DNA from: Catajapyx aquilonaris
Taxonomy: Eukaryota
Direction of reading: 5' to 3'
Assembly (NCBI GenBank): GCA_000934665.2
Contig: JYFJ02000539.1
Span: 62,001-125,051, forward strand
DNA length: 63,051 bases
The stretch's first letter is position 1. Every line of letters begins with the position of its first letter. Under the pieces are notes generated by a model that worked only from the letters and a program-made list of their open reading frames with translations, made no database searches and was not told where the DNA came from. Positions 27,101-39,911 of the stretch are shown here, one piece after another. A program made the position numbers and the translations under genes.

Positions 27101-30100
27101 AGTTCCAAAGAGGTGTCAAATGTAGACCCAAAAAGAATAAGAGTCAGTGTGTGGACAGCAGCCTGCAGGCTTCCTGGAGGCGACTGAACCCAAGTATACC
27201 TGGTGCCACAAGGTAGAGGAAAACTGGGCAGTGGTCACTATCTACGCTGTAGCTGGATAGGGTCCTGCTGTCATCTGTAGCAAGCTGGCGACCCAAGATC
27301 CACCTCTGCACGTTGGTGGGTATCTCCCAGTCTTGCTCCACCTTCTGCTTCAGCTGCCCAACTGTCATGCATGAGGTAACTTGGATAGGGATGGGGCCAT
27401 GGTGTGACACCTTGTCTTCCACAAACATGTCTACCCTATTTGAAGAGATAATGTGTAAGGCATTTTATACTAATTTGTCTGAGCTGGGCATGTGCATTAT
27501 GCAGCAACTCGATCTTACTTGATAGGCTTTGGCCCTTCTTGCAGAATGCGGCTCTCTCCATCCTTGAATCTTGTTACAGAGCATTGGATCTTAAGCAGGG
27601 CCAATTCCTGTGCCATTACAGCAGCCTCTTGATGTTGGCCACCAGCTATTGCAGCCTCCAATTTCTTCAATAACTTGTTCACAGCCAAGGTGTTGGTGTT
27701 ATTCAGCATTGGTGCAGCTTGCAAGTTGGCTGCAAAGGCATTATTTATGATAGGTCATTTTGCATATCGTTGGCCGGCGATCAAAACCTCGTAACTCCAT
27801 TTTACGCGAAAATGGACTTACGTACCTCGTAAGTCCCTTTGCACAACTTTGCAAAGGTGTACATGAATTCAACATCATCCTCATGAAAGGTAAGGTTTAC
27901 GTTATGCTATACTGTAGGAATAATTGTCAGCATGAATAGAAAACATGATTTTACAAAATGTTTTTTGTCCCTCCTGTAAAATTTGGTCTTGAGGAGTTAC
28001 GAAGTTTTGATCGCCGGCCAACCATATGCCAAGGAGATTCCAATCAAGTCAAAGGGTTACAGTTCAAAAGCAGATAAGAGGACATCTGGTGTTACTGGTC
28101 AATCATATAAGCCACTGTATAACCTAAATTAATGCTCTATGTAGTCTATGGTAATCAAGTATCACAGCTGGCAGTTAAAATGATATGCACAAACACAAAA
28201 TATGTTCTGAGCATCATAAGGTGAACACGACTTCACCTATGCAGCACAGACTGATTACTTTCAAGACACAAGTCAATGATGATTTAGTACAACTAACATT
28301 GCAAATCCAAAGTTCATTTGCCTGTATAGTGTCAGCCCCTGTTTACCCACAGTAATTGGTTCCAAGTCCCTAAGCAGATACGTGAAATCTGTATATAAAC
28401 CAAACCCTAATAAAATCCTTTATTACAAATATGGAAAGACATGAATTAATATACATCTGGGAAGGGAAAAAATGCATTTCAACCTGATTTACTGATTGAG
28501 AACTGCACTTTCTCACTTTATTAAGAAGGAAGTAACGGGACAGTTATCGGCCCACATTTTTGTAAACTCTCAAAATGTTCAGTAGTTAACCATCTTCGCA
28601 AGTCAACAATCAACAGGTGTTATCTTCAAATAAACATTCAGCTATCATTAGTATAGTAGAATTATTGACAACTATTCACCAGCACTTCATTATTTAGCAA
28701 CCCACCTTTAAAATCAGCTAACCCCTTTGGACCACTCAGCTGAGCAGCCAGCTTGTCAACTTCTTTCAAGTAGGCAAAATAGCTTGGATTCCCCCCAAAA
28801 AGTTGTGGAGGGTCATCCCTGTGGCCATTCCTGGCCTTGGAAAATTCAAACAGCTCTTTCTGAGCCGGCTGCACTGTCGGATAGTGCACTTGACCTGTTG
28901 CATTTTTCTCTGGTGCAAAATTATTGGAAAAGCGCTTACGTTGGTTTTTAGGCACCGGGGATTTTGGAGGCAGCTTGGCTGGGGACTGTGGTGGTGTTTC
29001 AAACTGCTGGCTCCCAACCGCACTATCCACTGATGGCGCCTTAACCTGGGACTGAGGTGAAGAATTGTGAGTATCACTTTGGGATGGGGAACAAGTGGGT
29101 GAGATTGGCTTCTGGGACCGGCCTGCCTTTGAGCGAGCACCTGTTCTGGTGGCAAAGTCCTTTGCACCAATCAGTTCAAAAGTGCCTGTCTTGGTTAACG
29201 ATGTGTACAAAACTCCACTTTTGAGATTTAATTGGTCCTCTTCACTGTCTTTGGGTGCCTTTCGCAACACAGCACTTGTTTGTGCTGATGTGGACACTTT
29301 CTCTGGTCTTTCTGCAAGGAAGGAACGGTCCTTCAGGTTCTCGTAGATATGTTCCTGGGGCCCTTGGTTGATAAAAGTTGACTTGGGTCTTGCTTGGGCT
29401 CCTTTCTTCAATTCCATGTCTGGCACTGAAGACATTGAAGCACTATTTCTCAATCCAACTTTGTCTAGCAATTCAGACAGCCCTTCAGTTACGACAGCAA
29501 TTCCTTTTCCAAACCTTCCTGTTCTTGTTTTTGGGCTCGAATCAGCAGTTGGCACAGTACCAGGTTGTGGAATGAATGGCACTGAATTGTTCATAGGGAG
29601 GAGGGATGTCACAACAGATTTACAACTTTCAGCTTGTTCCACCTTACCACTTTCAGATCCTTCCTTTTGAACACCTGAAGCCAATTTTGGGGAGCTTGGC
29701 TTTTTGACAATGGCTGAGGGTTCCTTAGGTCTCACTGACATGACCTTGGAGACATTAACTTGTGTCTCTTTTGTCTGAGAGGTAATGGAACTGGAGGATT
29801 TGGACTGCTGAAGTTGGTGCCTGGCACTGGCTTCCCGCCTTAGTGCCATGGACACATTAATTTTGCTCTCCAACTTCTCCAGCTTCCCGAGAGTGATCAT
29901 GACAGCTGACGTCATCTGGCTAATGTTTTCTGTTGGAGTTTTGGGTTTCTGCGCTTCAGTGGCACTGCTATCACTCAACTCATTCTCCTTCTCATCGGGC
30001 TTGGCTTTGTTAAAATACAAAAGGCGGGCCTGTCGCATTTCCTCAACTGTTGGTTTCTTGGAAACATCCTCAGTTGCAGGCTTGTTTATCCCATCCTCAT

Positions 30101-32840
30101 TTTGGGGAGAATCTTCTTCTTCTCTGGTTGTTCCCTGAGTGTCACCTTTGAGTAGTTCCTTTTTCAAATCTTGCGGCAATTTGCCTCCTATGAAAGTAGA
30201 AGGAAAGTTCTTTACAGCAGACCTGCTTTCACCTGGACTTTGGGGTTCAACATTAGCACTGATTGCAGTAGGCTGTGCATCTGCTTCAGATTTGGTTGCT
30301 ACTTGAGCGGAAGCTTCGACCTGTTTCATATCTTGTAATTTTCCTCCAATAAAAGTAGATGGAAATTTACTCTTCACCCCTGGACTAGCTTCCAATGGGC
30401 TCTGAGGTCTGCACTTAACGATGCTCGCTACTGTTTGTGAGGATTTTGATTCGCCAACATCTTTCTTCTGTTGAACAGGGCTGGACGGTCCCTTTTCCCC
30501 TTCGAGCTGCTCCATTTCCTTCTGGGCAGCTACCTGATTCACTCTTGCTTCCAAAGCTAAAACTTTCTGCATGACATCACTACGTGAGACATCCAAAATG
30601 CGAGGCTTCTGCTTCTCTTCCTCCGCTTTCATGTCAAAAGCAAATGGAGAGCCGCTTGTCTGAAATACTGTTGCTTTCTCCTTCACATCCATATCCTTGG
30701 TCTGAATCAGATTTTTCGCCTCATCTGAACCACTTGGTGGAAAATATCTCTTCATTTCAGCTTCCCAATTCTTTGGCTCTGGCTTACTGATCTGTCCAGT
30801 GGCAGGCTCCTTCCTAGTGTAACAGGCATCACAGATGGGACTCCACCATGGGTTAATCAGTGTACACCGACAACACTCCCAATTCCTGTTGGCTGAACTC
30901 ACTGCCTCCGCTTCCTTGCTAGTCTCCTGAATTGGTCCAAGAGGGACAAAGCTTTTTGTGGGGTCATCCAGAGTTGACACAGGGGTCCCAACTGAGCTGC
31001 TCGATTCAGATGTCTCAGCAATGGTGGGGATGCTCGGGCTGGGTGAGTTGTGGCGGTTCTGTCTGTTGTATTCATATATGCTCTGAGATTTGGAAGATGG
31101 TGGGGTAACTGGCTTGTATTCAATAGCCTTTACTTCCTCTTTCTTTTCAAATTTTGCAATCCACTCAGAAATGTCATCATCTGAATCCGAAGAGTCAGAT
31201 GCAATTCGTCGCCTTCCATTTGCAAGAGGTGATCTCCCATTTTGTTGGCATGGGTACAGACTAGTGTTAATAACAATCTTGGAAACATTGAATGAGTTGA
31301 AGAAAGAAATCAGTTCCTTTGCTGACTGTGGTTTGGAAGGTGAATCCAAGTCTGAGTTCAAGTTTGTCTCAAAATTGACATTCCCATTCACTTCTCTAAC
31401 AACCCCCGTGTCTGGTGATATATAGTACCGCTCGTTTTCTGCTTCTCGGGCAGCTCTTATCCTCTCTTGCTCCTTCTGCACTATTTCCAAAGCTTCACGG
31501 TCGATCTCACTGAAGGTGGCCAGCATTGACACTGCTGATTTCCTCCTGTTATCCTCCTCTGCTGCTGCAATCCCAACCCTTGGCACCCCAACTTCAGGCA
31601 TCCATGGTTCTTCTTTCTTCTTCTCCAGGGTCTTGGACTTGGAATTGTTAGCATTCCTCTTGTACCATGGCCTGGGTGACAGTGTGGCTTTGTTCTCCTC
31701 CTTATCCTTGCTCTCCACTTTGGACAGCTCTTTAGCATGCTTCAACATACCTCTCTCCAGTTTCAGCGAGTCATTAGAAAATGATTCTTTTTCATCCTCA
31801 CTGGTGTCATCATCTTCATTCCTTCGAGCAAATTCAGGTGACCCCATGCTACGTCGATATGCATGCGCCTTCAATCTGGATATGTTGTCTATCAGCATCC
31901 TCCGTTGCTCCCCAGACAGGTGTGACTTTCCAGGTGACCAATCAGCTTGAATTTCTTTGTTCTCCTTGGGAGGCTGTGGAGCAGCTTTCTTTTTCCCGAA
32001 GCTTCCAGATGAACTCTTGGATAATCGATGCCCCCTGATGAGTGAGCGAGGTGACTCTGAATCTGACGCTGTAGCCCCTGGTGGTGGTGGTGGTGCCTTC
32101 CGCTTCCCCTTAACATGACAGTGGCCTTTCTTATCTCCACCCGAGTCACTGGAGCTCCGTTTGTGGCCTAAAGATGTGACAGGTGTTATGTTGAGAATAT
32201 GGTTTGACTTGTTATGAGACTCAAGAGTACTTGGGAGGCTCAGGTCATTATATGACCCACCTGACTCCCTCTTTGCATTGGGTGCAGCAGGTGGTGGGGG
32301 TGCACGACGCTTCTTCCGTCTCAGTGAAGAAAATGGACTGAAGCCTGCACCTGATCTGGGACGTGGAAAGTCATCGTCACTGGATTCTATTGGCAGTGAC
32401 TCACATGAAGCCAAGTGATATTTGCTTTTCAAGGATAGCTTCCGTTCATCTCGAGCTCCCTTCCTGTATGTCTCATCGCTGAATCCTGCAAGGCTGCGCT
32501 TCTGGCCCTCTGTTGGACCACGATATGAAGTGACTGGCAAAACTGCAAAGCTGCTTGCTGTGCTCACCAACGTGTTGATGCTCCCATTGCTGCTGTGGGT
32601 GCTGCGGTGGCTCAGAGTAGGTGAAACAGCCTCAATCACAGGTTTAACTGGCATTTCCACCTCTTCCTTTCCCTTGCGAAACCAACGGAAGATTGACAGA
32701 AACCCACCCTTCTCCTTGATTGACCCCCCTGTACTTGATTCAGTCCTCCCTAGTGTTGAATCGTCATTGGAAACTCCAGGTGAAGTGCTTTTGGAGTGTT
32801 CCCGTCCACTGTGCAGAGCATCCTTTCTTCGCCAACTCAT
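24134..32840 (-). CDS. RBCK1: HOIL-1L/RBCK1-like RBR E3 ubiquitin ligase (LUBAC subunit) with a long N-terminal extension
   Basis: Exons 32840-28706, 27729-27519 (LTM-like LEAAIAGG...AAVMAQELA), 27435-27200 (UBL: VED...QRWILGRQL...FLYL), 27098-26921, 26858-26686, 26308-26139 ([23 protein letters not shown]), 25573-25392 and 25286-25175 (RING1), 25085-24906 and 24830-24732 (IBR), 24422-24279 and 24214-24134 (RING2 [32 protein letters not shown]...CHPNCNYCH*). Phases sum to 1966 aa. Joining the giant first exon is inferred from a phase-1 match. Confidence 0.92.
27768..28023. mobile_element. 256-bp MITE with ~30-bp TIRs and ATAT target duplication (Sola1-like target pattern)
   Basis: TIR (c/g)GTTGGCCGGCGATCAAAAC(c/t)TCGTAACTCC at both ends; ATAT at 27764-27767 and 28024-28027; lies in an RBCK1 intron. 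Confidence 0.8.
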
Positions 32841-35155
32841 CTTCTTACTTGCCTTTGCGCCTTTGACACATTAACAAGCCTTCAGTCCTGCCTCCCATTG
32901 TTTGTACTCCAGCCATTTCCTTGGCTGAAATCAGATGAATCACCAAGTCAGTTTTCCAGAAGCGAGGAGTCTTCTTTTTCCCAGGTTAGTAATAAATGCC
33001 ACATCTCCATCATGCTCTCCTCAGCGTACAGGCCAGATCCCAAGAAGCCAAATCCCATGTGTCATGAACTAAACAGCTACATTTTCTCACTGTTATATTT
33101 TGGCATTCCATTGGCAAATTGTCAGGAAAGGTACAATGGCGCAGTTCACACTTGTCACTTGTTTAATGGGTTCATATTTAAAATGGAAAATGTAACACTA
33201 AATTGAATGAAAAATCTTGCAATAGTAACAATATTAGTTAAAATCCAATGTACAAAGCAATCTACTTCACAAAATGATAATTCATGCATTTTCAACACAT
33301 TGCCGTATTTAAATATTTTCAACACAAAAAAAAACTGCAAAATCTTATTATCGATGTACCTCTGGCCTTGAACTCTTTGTTGCATGGGAATCAGAATGTG
33401 AAGGTGGGAGAGATGAGCTGCCATATTGCACGATAGTCTTGTAAAAATCTGCAGAGAAAAGGCGTAATTTATTATTCACATTATTTTTTAGTCACCTTGC
33501 CTCCTGTAATAGCATTAATACTTAGCATGTAATAGCTGGAGTTATAATCAAGCGAATAATTCAACAATGAATAAATAAAATGCAATAATTACCTGAGGAA
33601 CTTTGACACTGGCCAAGTCTCACTTTTAACTGAATGAGTACAGAGCTAACCATGACATACACGTGTACAGAAAAAATGTAACAAAACAACACAGCTGGCC
33701 TATAACAGATTACTAAGAACTCACTTGTCAGAGAGGTTGATGACATTTGCTTATGTGATGTCCTATTTGCAAAATTTAAACAATGGAATTCAACACAGCC
33801 ACAGCATAAAACTTGTCCATAAGTCTAGGTGGAATTGGATCTGAATGGAGGCAATGAGGTCTTTGGCTCTCTGGCACTGCTGACCTTGGGAGTTTTTCTA
33901 GTGTCATACTGCACTGAATCATCACATGCAGCACGGCATGACAGGGACTTCTTTTTTGCAAGGTAGTGGTGCAGCACCAGGTTGCAAAAGTTTGTTTGTC
34001 CATCGGCTTAGTCATAAAGGCAACCAGTGAGTAATTAGATATGGAGGAAGAATGATGGGGAATACACCCACCTATGTGCCTACCACACATCCTCTCAAAT
34101 GAAAGTGAGCCACTCAACCATGCCTAGAAATGGTTATGAATAAGTTCAGGTAAAAATATGCGAAAAATCTGGACAGGTCTTACATATACCATTGTCATTT
34201 GTGATTCCCATCTGAATTATATGAGAGCCAGAAAATATTCCCAAGGGGACCCTGGGCAGATGTTATCAGGTCCATGGAATTTGTCATGGCATGTGTGGCA
34301 TGTGTGGCACCTTTGGTCATTATAGTGGGGGAACAATCCCAATAGTCTTAGGGAGTACACTTGAATAAACCATGCATTCTAAGACATTTTTGCATCTTTT
34401 CCTTTCGACTCCTCCCTCTATCCCATGCCAGTCATGTTACCGGTCTTTGTATTTGTTGGTGAGGTCCCTTTGGCTCTCCATTCAGATGAGAGCCAAATTT
34501 GAAGCCTTGGTAGATAAGGCATGTCGAGATTTTTTACATATTTATACCTGAACATATTTGTAACCCTGTCTATACATATGGTTCACTGACTCACTTTCAT
34601 CTGAGTCAACCTTCTAATTACCCTAGGATATGATACAAGACACTTTCCAAGAATTTTTTCTTCTAGAGACAGTTGGAATGATGTTGGGAAGTTTCTTTTC
34701 AGTGCTTCTCTCAGCTGGTCTATTTTTAATGCTGCATGAAAAGCCACATGTTTACAAAATTTGTGGCCCAAATGGTTACATCCAATGCTACAACACTTCA
34801 AACCTGTATTGGAATTTGCAGACCCTGGTGCTTTTAGATATTTAGATATACCAAAATGTAATGAATGTCACATTGTCAAATTAAATTAGAAGCCCCACCA
34901 GTTTTGATTGGCCAATTTCCAAGCAAATCTAACAAGCACCACATAAAAATATCCTGCAGCACAAAATAATGGAGAGCTACCTGTGAGAAATTCCAGTGAA
35001 AATAAAAGGACTCTAGGTTTTATACGTCAGTTAAGCCCAACATGAATGTCACTTCCACTGCAGAGTCTCAAAAAAGGCAGGGAAGCTTAGGTCACTGACA
35101 CTATAAGGGTGTTCCTAGAGTGGCACATTAACTACTATTTCAAGGTGATGCTTAC

Positions 35156-35297
35156 CTGATACCACCAACTTAGGACAGATAGTTGGTAATAGGACCTGAC
35201 GAATTGATATGAAGTGGACAGGAAAGGAAAAGGGTTGTCACCAAGCTACAGCTTCAAACAGGAGTCAGCCCCTCCCCACCTGCCACCCACTCTACAG

Positions 35298-35332
<35 letters not shown>

Positions 35333-35360
35333 TTCTCTCTCGCACACACTCACACTCTCT
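35156..35360 (-). promoter_or_regulatory. Candidate non-coding first exon/alternative promoter of the RBCK1-like gene
   Basis: Strong donor CAG|gtaagc (exon end 35156) downstream of a (GA)n tract at ~35299-35340. Confidence 0.3.
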
Positions 35361-37213
35361 TGAGGACAACGCCAGACTAAATTTAGTTCAGGTCGATTTT
35401 CTCCCTGGGGTTTCAGCCAAAATTCTAAAGGGGTGTAACCAGCCTGTTGCCTGCCACCCTCCTGTATGATTTACCCACCCCTCAATGTTTTGAGGTAAAA
35501 ATAGAAATGGTATCACACACCCTCTCTATTTTTTTCTTCCTATTACACCCTTCCTGATGAAATGTGTGCAAATACCAGAAATAGCACTACATGCAGCTGT
35601 TTTTCCATATGGTCACCAAATTCTCAGGTTTAAATTTAGACACACCCAAGGGTATTCCCTTAAATCACATGCAGTTCAATACCTGTGAAGCAGAAATCAC
35701 CTTGAGATAGTAGAAACACTGAAGAGAGCTTGCCAAAGGTACCTTCCTGTTTCCATCTGCTCCACTCTTCTCCAGGTCGAAAACCTTGTCCCTCCTCAAA
35801 AAAAATCCTCCTTCCCCCCCTCCCTTTTCCTCTCGCAATTGGCCCAGCCCCAAGGTTCATGCCAAATTTTGCTCCCACCGAACAGAATCTGCCCACTGCA
35901 ATATGTCAACTTATATGAATATGTTACTGTACTTTTTAACTCTGAAAATAGCACTTGTTAAGCTTATATGTGCATGCAACATTATTTTTTACAATCTCAT
36001 TTAAATAAGTTTCCTCACCAGGATCTTGCACATACTTAACTATTACTCAGTATGTGGTTTTCAGAAAAACATACGTTAAGTCATTATGTCACTTGTATAC
36101 TTTTTGGAGATTTGGAAGCCAATCATCCCGAACAGCCCTCTCAATGCCCCCAATTAATGCATCAGCCATTACTACAGATCACTTGCATATTTGCAAGACT
36201 TACTCCACACATTTGTGGCCAACCAGAAGATGTTTTGGCCACAAACACATGTCAGAATGTGTTACCCCTGAAAGCATAGCCTGTCATGGATGTCACCAGC
36301 TTCAGTATTTTCCTTCAGAAATAATTCAATGACAGGCCACGATTCTGACACATTTGTCATCGAGATCTTTGTTCAGTTGCCACTATGGCAGTCATCAAGC
36401 TGTTAACATTTACAAATGTTACATTCACAGGAAATTCTGAGGCAGCCTATTAAGCTTGTTAGGTGTTCAGGTTGTAATTCATGTGGTCAGGAGTTTGATT
36501 ACCCCAGCATTTTAGCCTCACTTTATGTAGCTTAAAGTGGGAGATTAAAATAGTGAACAAAGGAGGAGTTCTGCTTTTTTAATTTTTTAATTCTGGAGAT
36601 GTCATTCAAGGTCTAGGTAATTCATATAAAAAATCTGGTCAGGATTCACACTCACATGAAAGACAACCTGCCTCAGCAACTTGCAATAACATCTTTCCTC
36701 AAAATTTCTTTACTGCAGGTTTGAAAGTCTTCATACTTGGTGTTCCAAGCGTCAGGGTCAATTTTAGTTATCGGCAATTCCGCGAAAAACACACCAACAA
36801 TTGCACACAGTTTTTAGGGCTGGTGACGCCACCGTAGCTGTATATTTGTCCTAAGGTCCCAAGTGACTGCGTTCATTGCCACCCAGGTCTGTAAAATTAC
36901 CAGAACTTTCATAACGTACGAACCATTGCAGGAAACGCTTTTCTAGGGTCTCATACACAGGTGCAAAACTCTGCGAATTCTGACAGCACTGCTTTTGCAG
37001 CTAAAGTGTATATGGAAGAGGAGTGCGTGAGGAATACAATGATGCGAAACGCTTAGGCCAATTGTCATTACTTGCGACAGTATTGCAGAAAGTGCCATCA
37101 TAATGCACCAACCCTCTGCGATTTTCCGTTACTAATATGCTTTGTTCTGACAAGGAAAAGCCGCAGCAAATGAAATTCTTATGCCTCTGTAGCCCTTCAA
37201 TACTCCCGATTAT

Positions 37214-37490
37214 ATTGCGGGGCGACACAGTGGCAGAGTGGTTAGCCCTGCAGCCTTCCACCTCTAAGCTCCCGAGTTCGATCCCCAGATCAGACAGAGG
37301 ATACGTATGTGGATAAAGGTTCAATGGGTTTTTTCTGTGTTCGCGTGGGTTTTCTCGGGGCTCTCCCATTTCCTCTCACTATCAAAATCCAACACAGCAA
37401 AGGCAATGATTAAAGTCGGTTAATTAAAAGATGATCCCCTAAAAAGCCCAAGGAGGCTTATCACGGGGTATCCATTAGCATTATTATTAT
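37214..37490 (+). mobile_element. tRNA-derived SINE
   Basis: Pol III A box TGGCAGAGTGG (~37231) and B box GTTCGATCCC (~37276), (ATT)n tail, and a 13-bp TSD TACTCCCGATTAT at 37201-37213 and 37491-37503. Confidence 0.88.
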
Positions 37491-39197
37491 TACTCCCGAT
37501 TATCCAGGTTAATGACTGCATGGGTGTCGCCAGATAACACTGTTCTGCAAAAAAAAAACTTTCTTTCGCTCTTTTGAAAACTTTTCAGCAAATGGTTGTT
37601 ATTATTAACCACATGTTTCCCCATTTCACAAGAGGAGAGGTATGTAACAGGGATTATATATACTTGATTACTTTATTTACAATTACTTCCCACTAGCATG
37701 ATGGCCAACCTCTCCTGAGACAATAATATCTTAATTATAATCCAAATGCAATGGACAAGCCATAAAAGTCAACATCAAGTGACACTGTTTATTCTAGGTC
37801 ACTTGTAAACAATGCACTTTATCAACAAGTACTTTCATTACTAATGGGCCAGATAAACTCAAGACATGCTCATATGATGTGAGTAACAGTATGTACTTTC
37901 ATGTTTTGAGTGCATCTGCCCCTCTAGTGTAACTACACTTTATGTCAGGGAAAGGTGGCTGTCATTTCACACACTATTATGAGTAAAGAGCATATGTAGG
38001 GCTCGCCTCTGATGTCTAAAAGCATAAGTTGGCATGTACAGTACATGTATGGCATACTAATGAAGTTGATATTTAACGGGATAGGTATTTGCATTTTCAC
38101 TCTGTAAAGATGTCATCATGAGATACCAGGAGTAAAGAGAATGGTTTTCTGGAATAATCTTTAACTTAAAAATCCTCAACCTAGCCACTTCTCCTTCTGC
38201 AATGCTTCCTCAAACAGAAGATAAATGAACCTGTGCATAGCACCTGGTATTATTTAGCAAAACAGGCAGGGTCAAATAAACATATCTGTTTGTGCCCTCT
38301 CAAAACATGGGCCATCAGTGTCCAGCATAGAGGGGTAACACCAAGGCATATTGGTTAATATTAATAATAAGCTACGAAACTATGCTTCCCCGCCTCTCCC
38401 ATCCCCCTTCCTTCCAACCAGCCCTGAACCCTCCTCCCAATCACCTGTCATCATGAAAAGATTTGAATGACTGGCTTCAAGTTTATTTATAGCCTTAGGG
38501 TGAGACAGCAGGTATTTACATAGCCGGAGTATATTGGACCAAGTCTAGGTATGGTTCACCATTTGGTTGTAGGCAGAGTATTATGAACTCAGAGATTCAA
38601 TCTTATTATGTCAACGTGGTTGTATTCTGTCAGTACTTCATGTACCGGTACGTTTGTTTGGTGGGAACAGAATTCCTCCATGATGACACAGAATCAGATG
38701 ATCAATTTGTATAACCTTGAATTGGTAAAAATGTGCCCAATAAACAAATATTCAAACCATCCTGTTCACTAGTGACTGTGAAAATGACTCCATTGCATTG
38801 ACAGACAGCTATGACTTAATTTAATATTCTCAATACTTATCATGTTACTATCATCATAATCTAGTAGGAGTGATCTAAAAATGCACCCTACAAAAAGACC
38901 CCCAAAAATCAATATGTGCTTTAGTTCTAGTCTGCAGGTAGGCTATGTTGATATTTTTATAATGCCACAAAATTTGCGAATTTTTAATGAGTTCATCTGC
39001 TTAAGACCAGTCCTCTGAGTACTACTTGTGCAGGAAAATATTGCAATGTCAATGATGGTAAGAGAGTAAACTGTGGTTCCACAAAGCCATGAGTGGCTTT
39101 GTTGCAGTTGATGTAGTGTACAATTCTATGTACTTGATCATAATGGGCATTTAATCATTCTGGCTTCATAGGTCTACCTAAGGAAATTGTAGGTATA

Positions 39198-39767
39198 CAG
39201 GGTGGTCGGTAAATGGTGGACAAGCTTCAGGTAGCGAGATTCCTTGTGAAAAATCAGTATATGGAAGTGAAGGTCATATTGTTCTACGAGGCCTGAGTAG
39301 GGCTCACGAGGCCTCCAAAGTTTGGGCCAAATCATGACGTCACATCCGCCCGTGAAATTCAAACACTACCGTATCACTACCGTACGCGGCGTGTTGCTAG
39401 GCGTTGCCATGTTGACATCTACCACAAGTTCCCCAAACAATGGAACCGTATAAACTCGCCGGGACGTTGCCAGGAACTCGACGAGGACGATATGGCAATG
39501 CCTGGCAACGTCCCAGCCAGTTTATACGGTTCCATTGTTTGGTGAACATGTGGTAGATGTCAACATGGCAACGCCTAGCAACACGCCGCGTACAGTAGTG
39601 TTTGAATTTCGCTGGGTGGATGTGACGTCATGATTTGGCCCAAACTTTGGAGGCCTCGTGAGCCCTACTCAGGCCTCGTAGAGCAATATGACCTTCACTT
39701 CCATATATTGATTTTTCACAAGGAATCTCGCTACCTGAAGCTTGTCTGCCATTTACCGACCACCCTG
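39198..39767. mobile_element. 570-bp fold-back Tc1/mariner-type MITE
   Basis: TA|CAGGGTGGTCGGTAAATGG...CCATTTACCGACCACCCTG|TA; the two ~270-bp arms are near-perfect reverse complements around a short spacer. Confidence 0.9.
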
Positions 39768-39837
39768 TATATACCAATCCTGTTTCCTCCCACAATCAAA
39801 TCCATCACAGCACAACAATGACTGAAGACGGTCAATG

Positions 39838-39892
39838 AAAAGATGATCCCCTAAAAGGCCGGAGTAGGCCTCTCATGGAGTATCCATTATAT
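39838..39892 (+). mobile_element. 5'-truncated SINE 3'-end fragment
   Basis: AAAAGATGATCCCCTAAAA...GTATCCATTA matches the 3' end of the SINE at ~37427-37477. Confidence 0.6.
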
Positions 39893-39911
39893 TGTAGTTA
39901 ACAATACTCAC

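Noticed and set aside
37220..37295. tRNA gene
   Set aside because: A/B boxes are present but there is no convincing acceptor stem; the head continues into a SINE body with tail and TSD.
39174..39821. Near-identical short ORFs MIWPKLWRPREP on opposite strands
   Set aside because: Artefact of the fold-back MITE palindrome.
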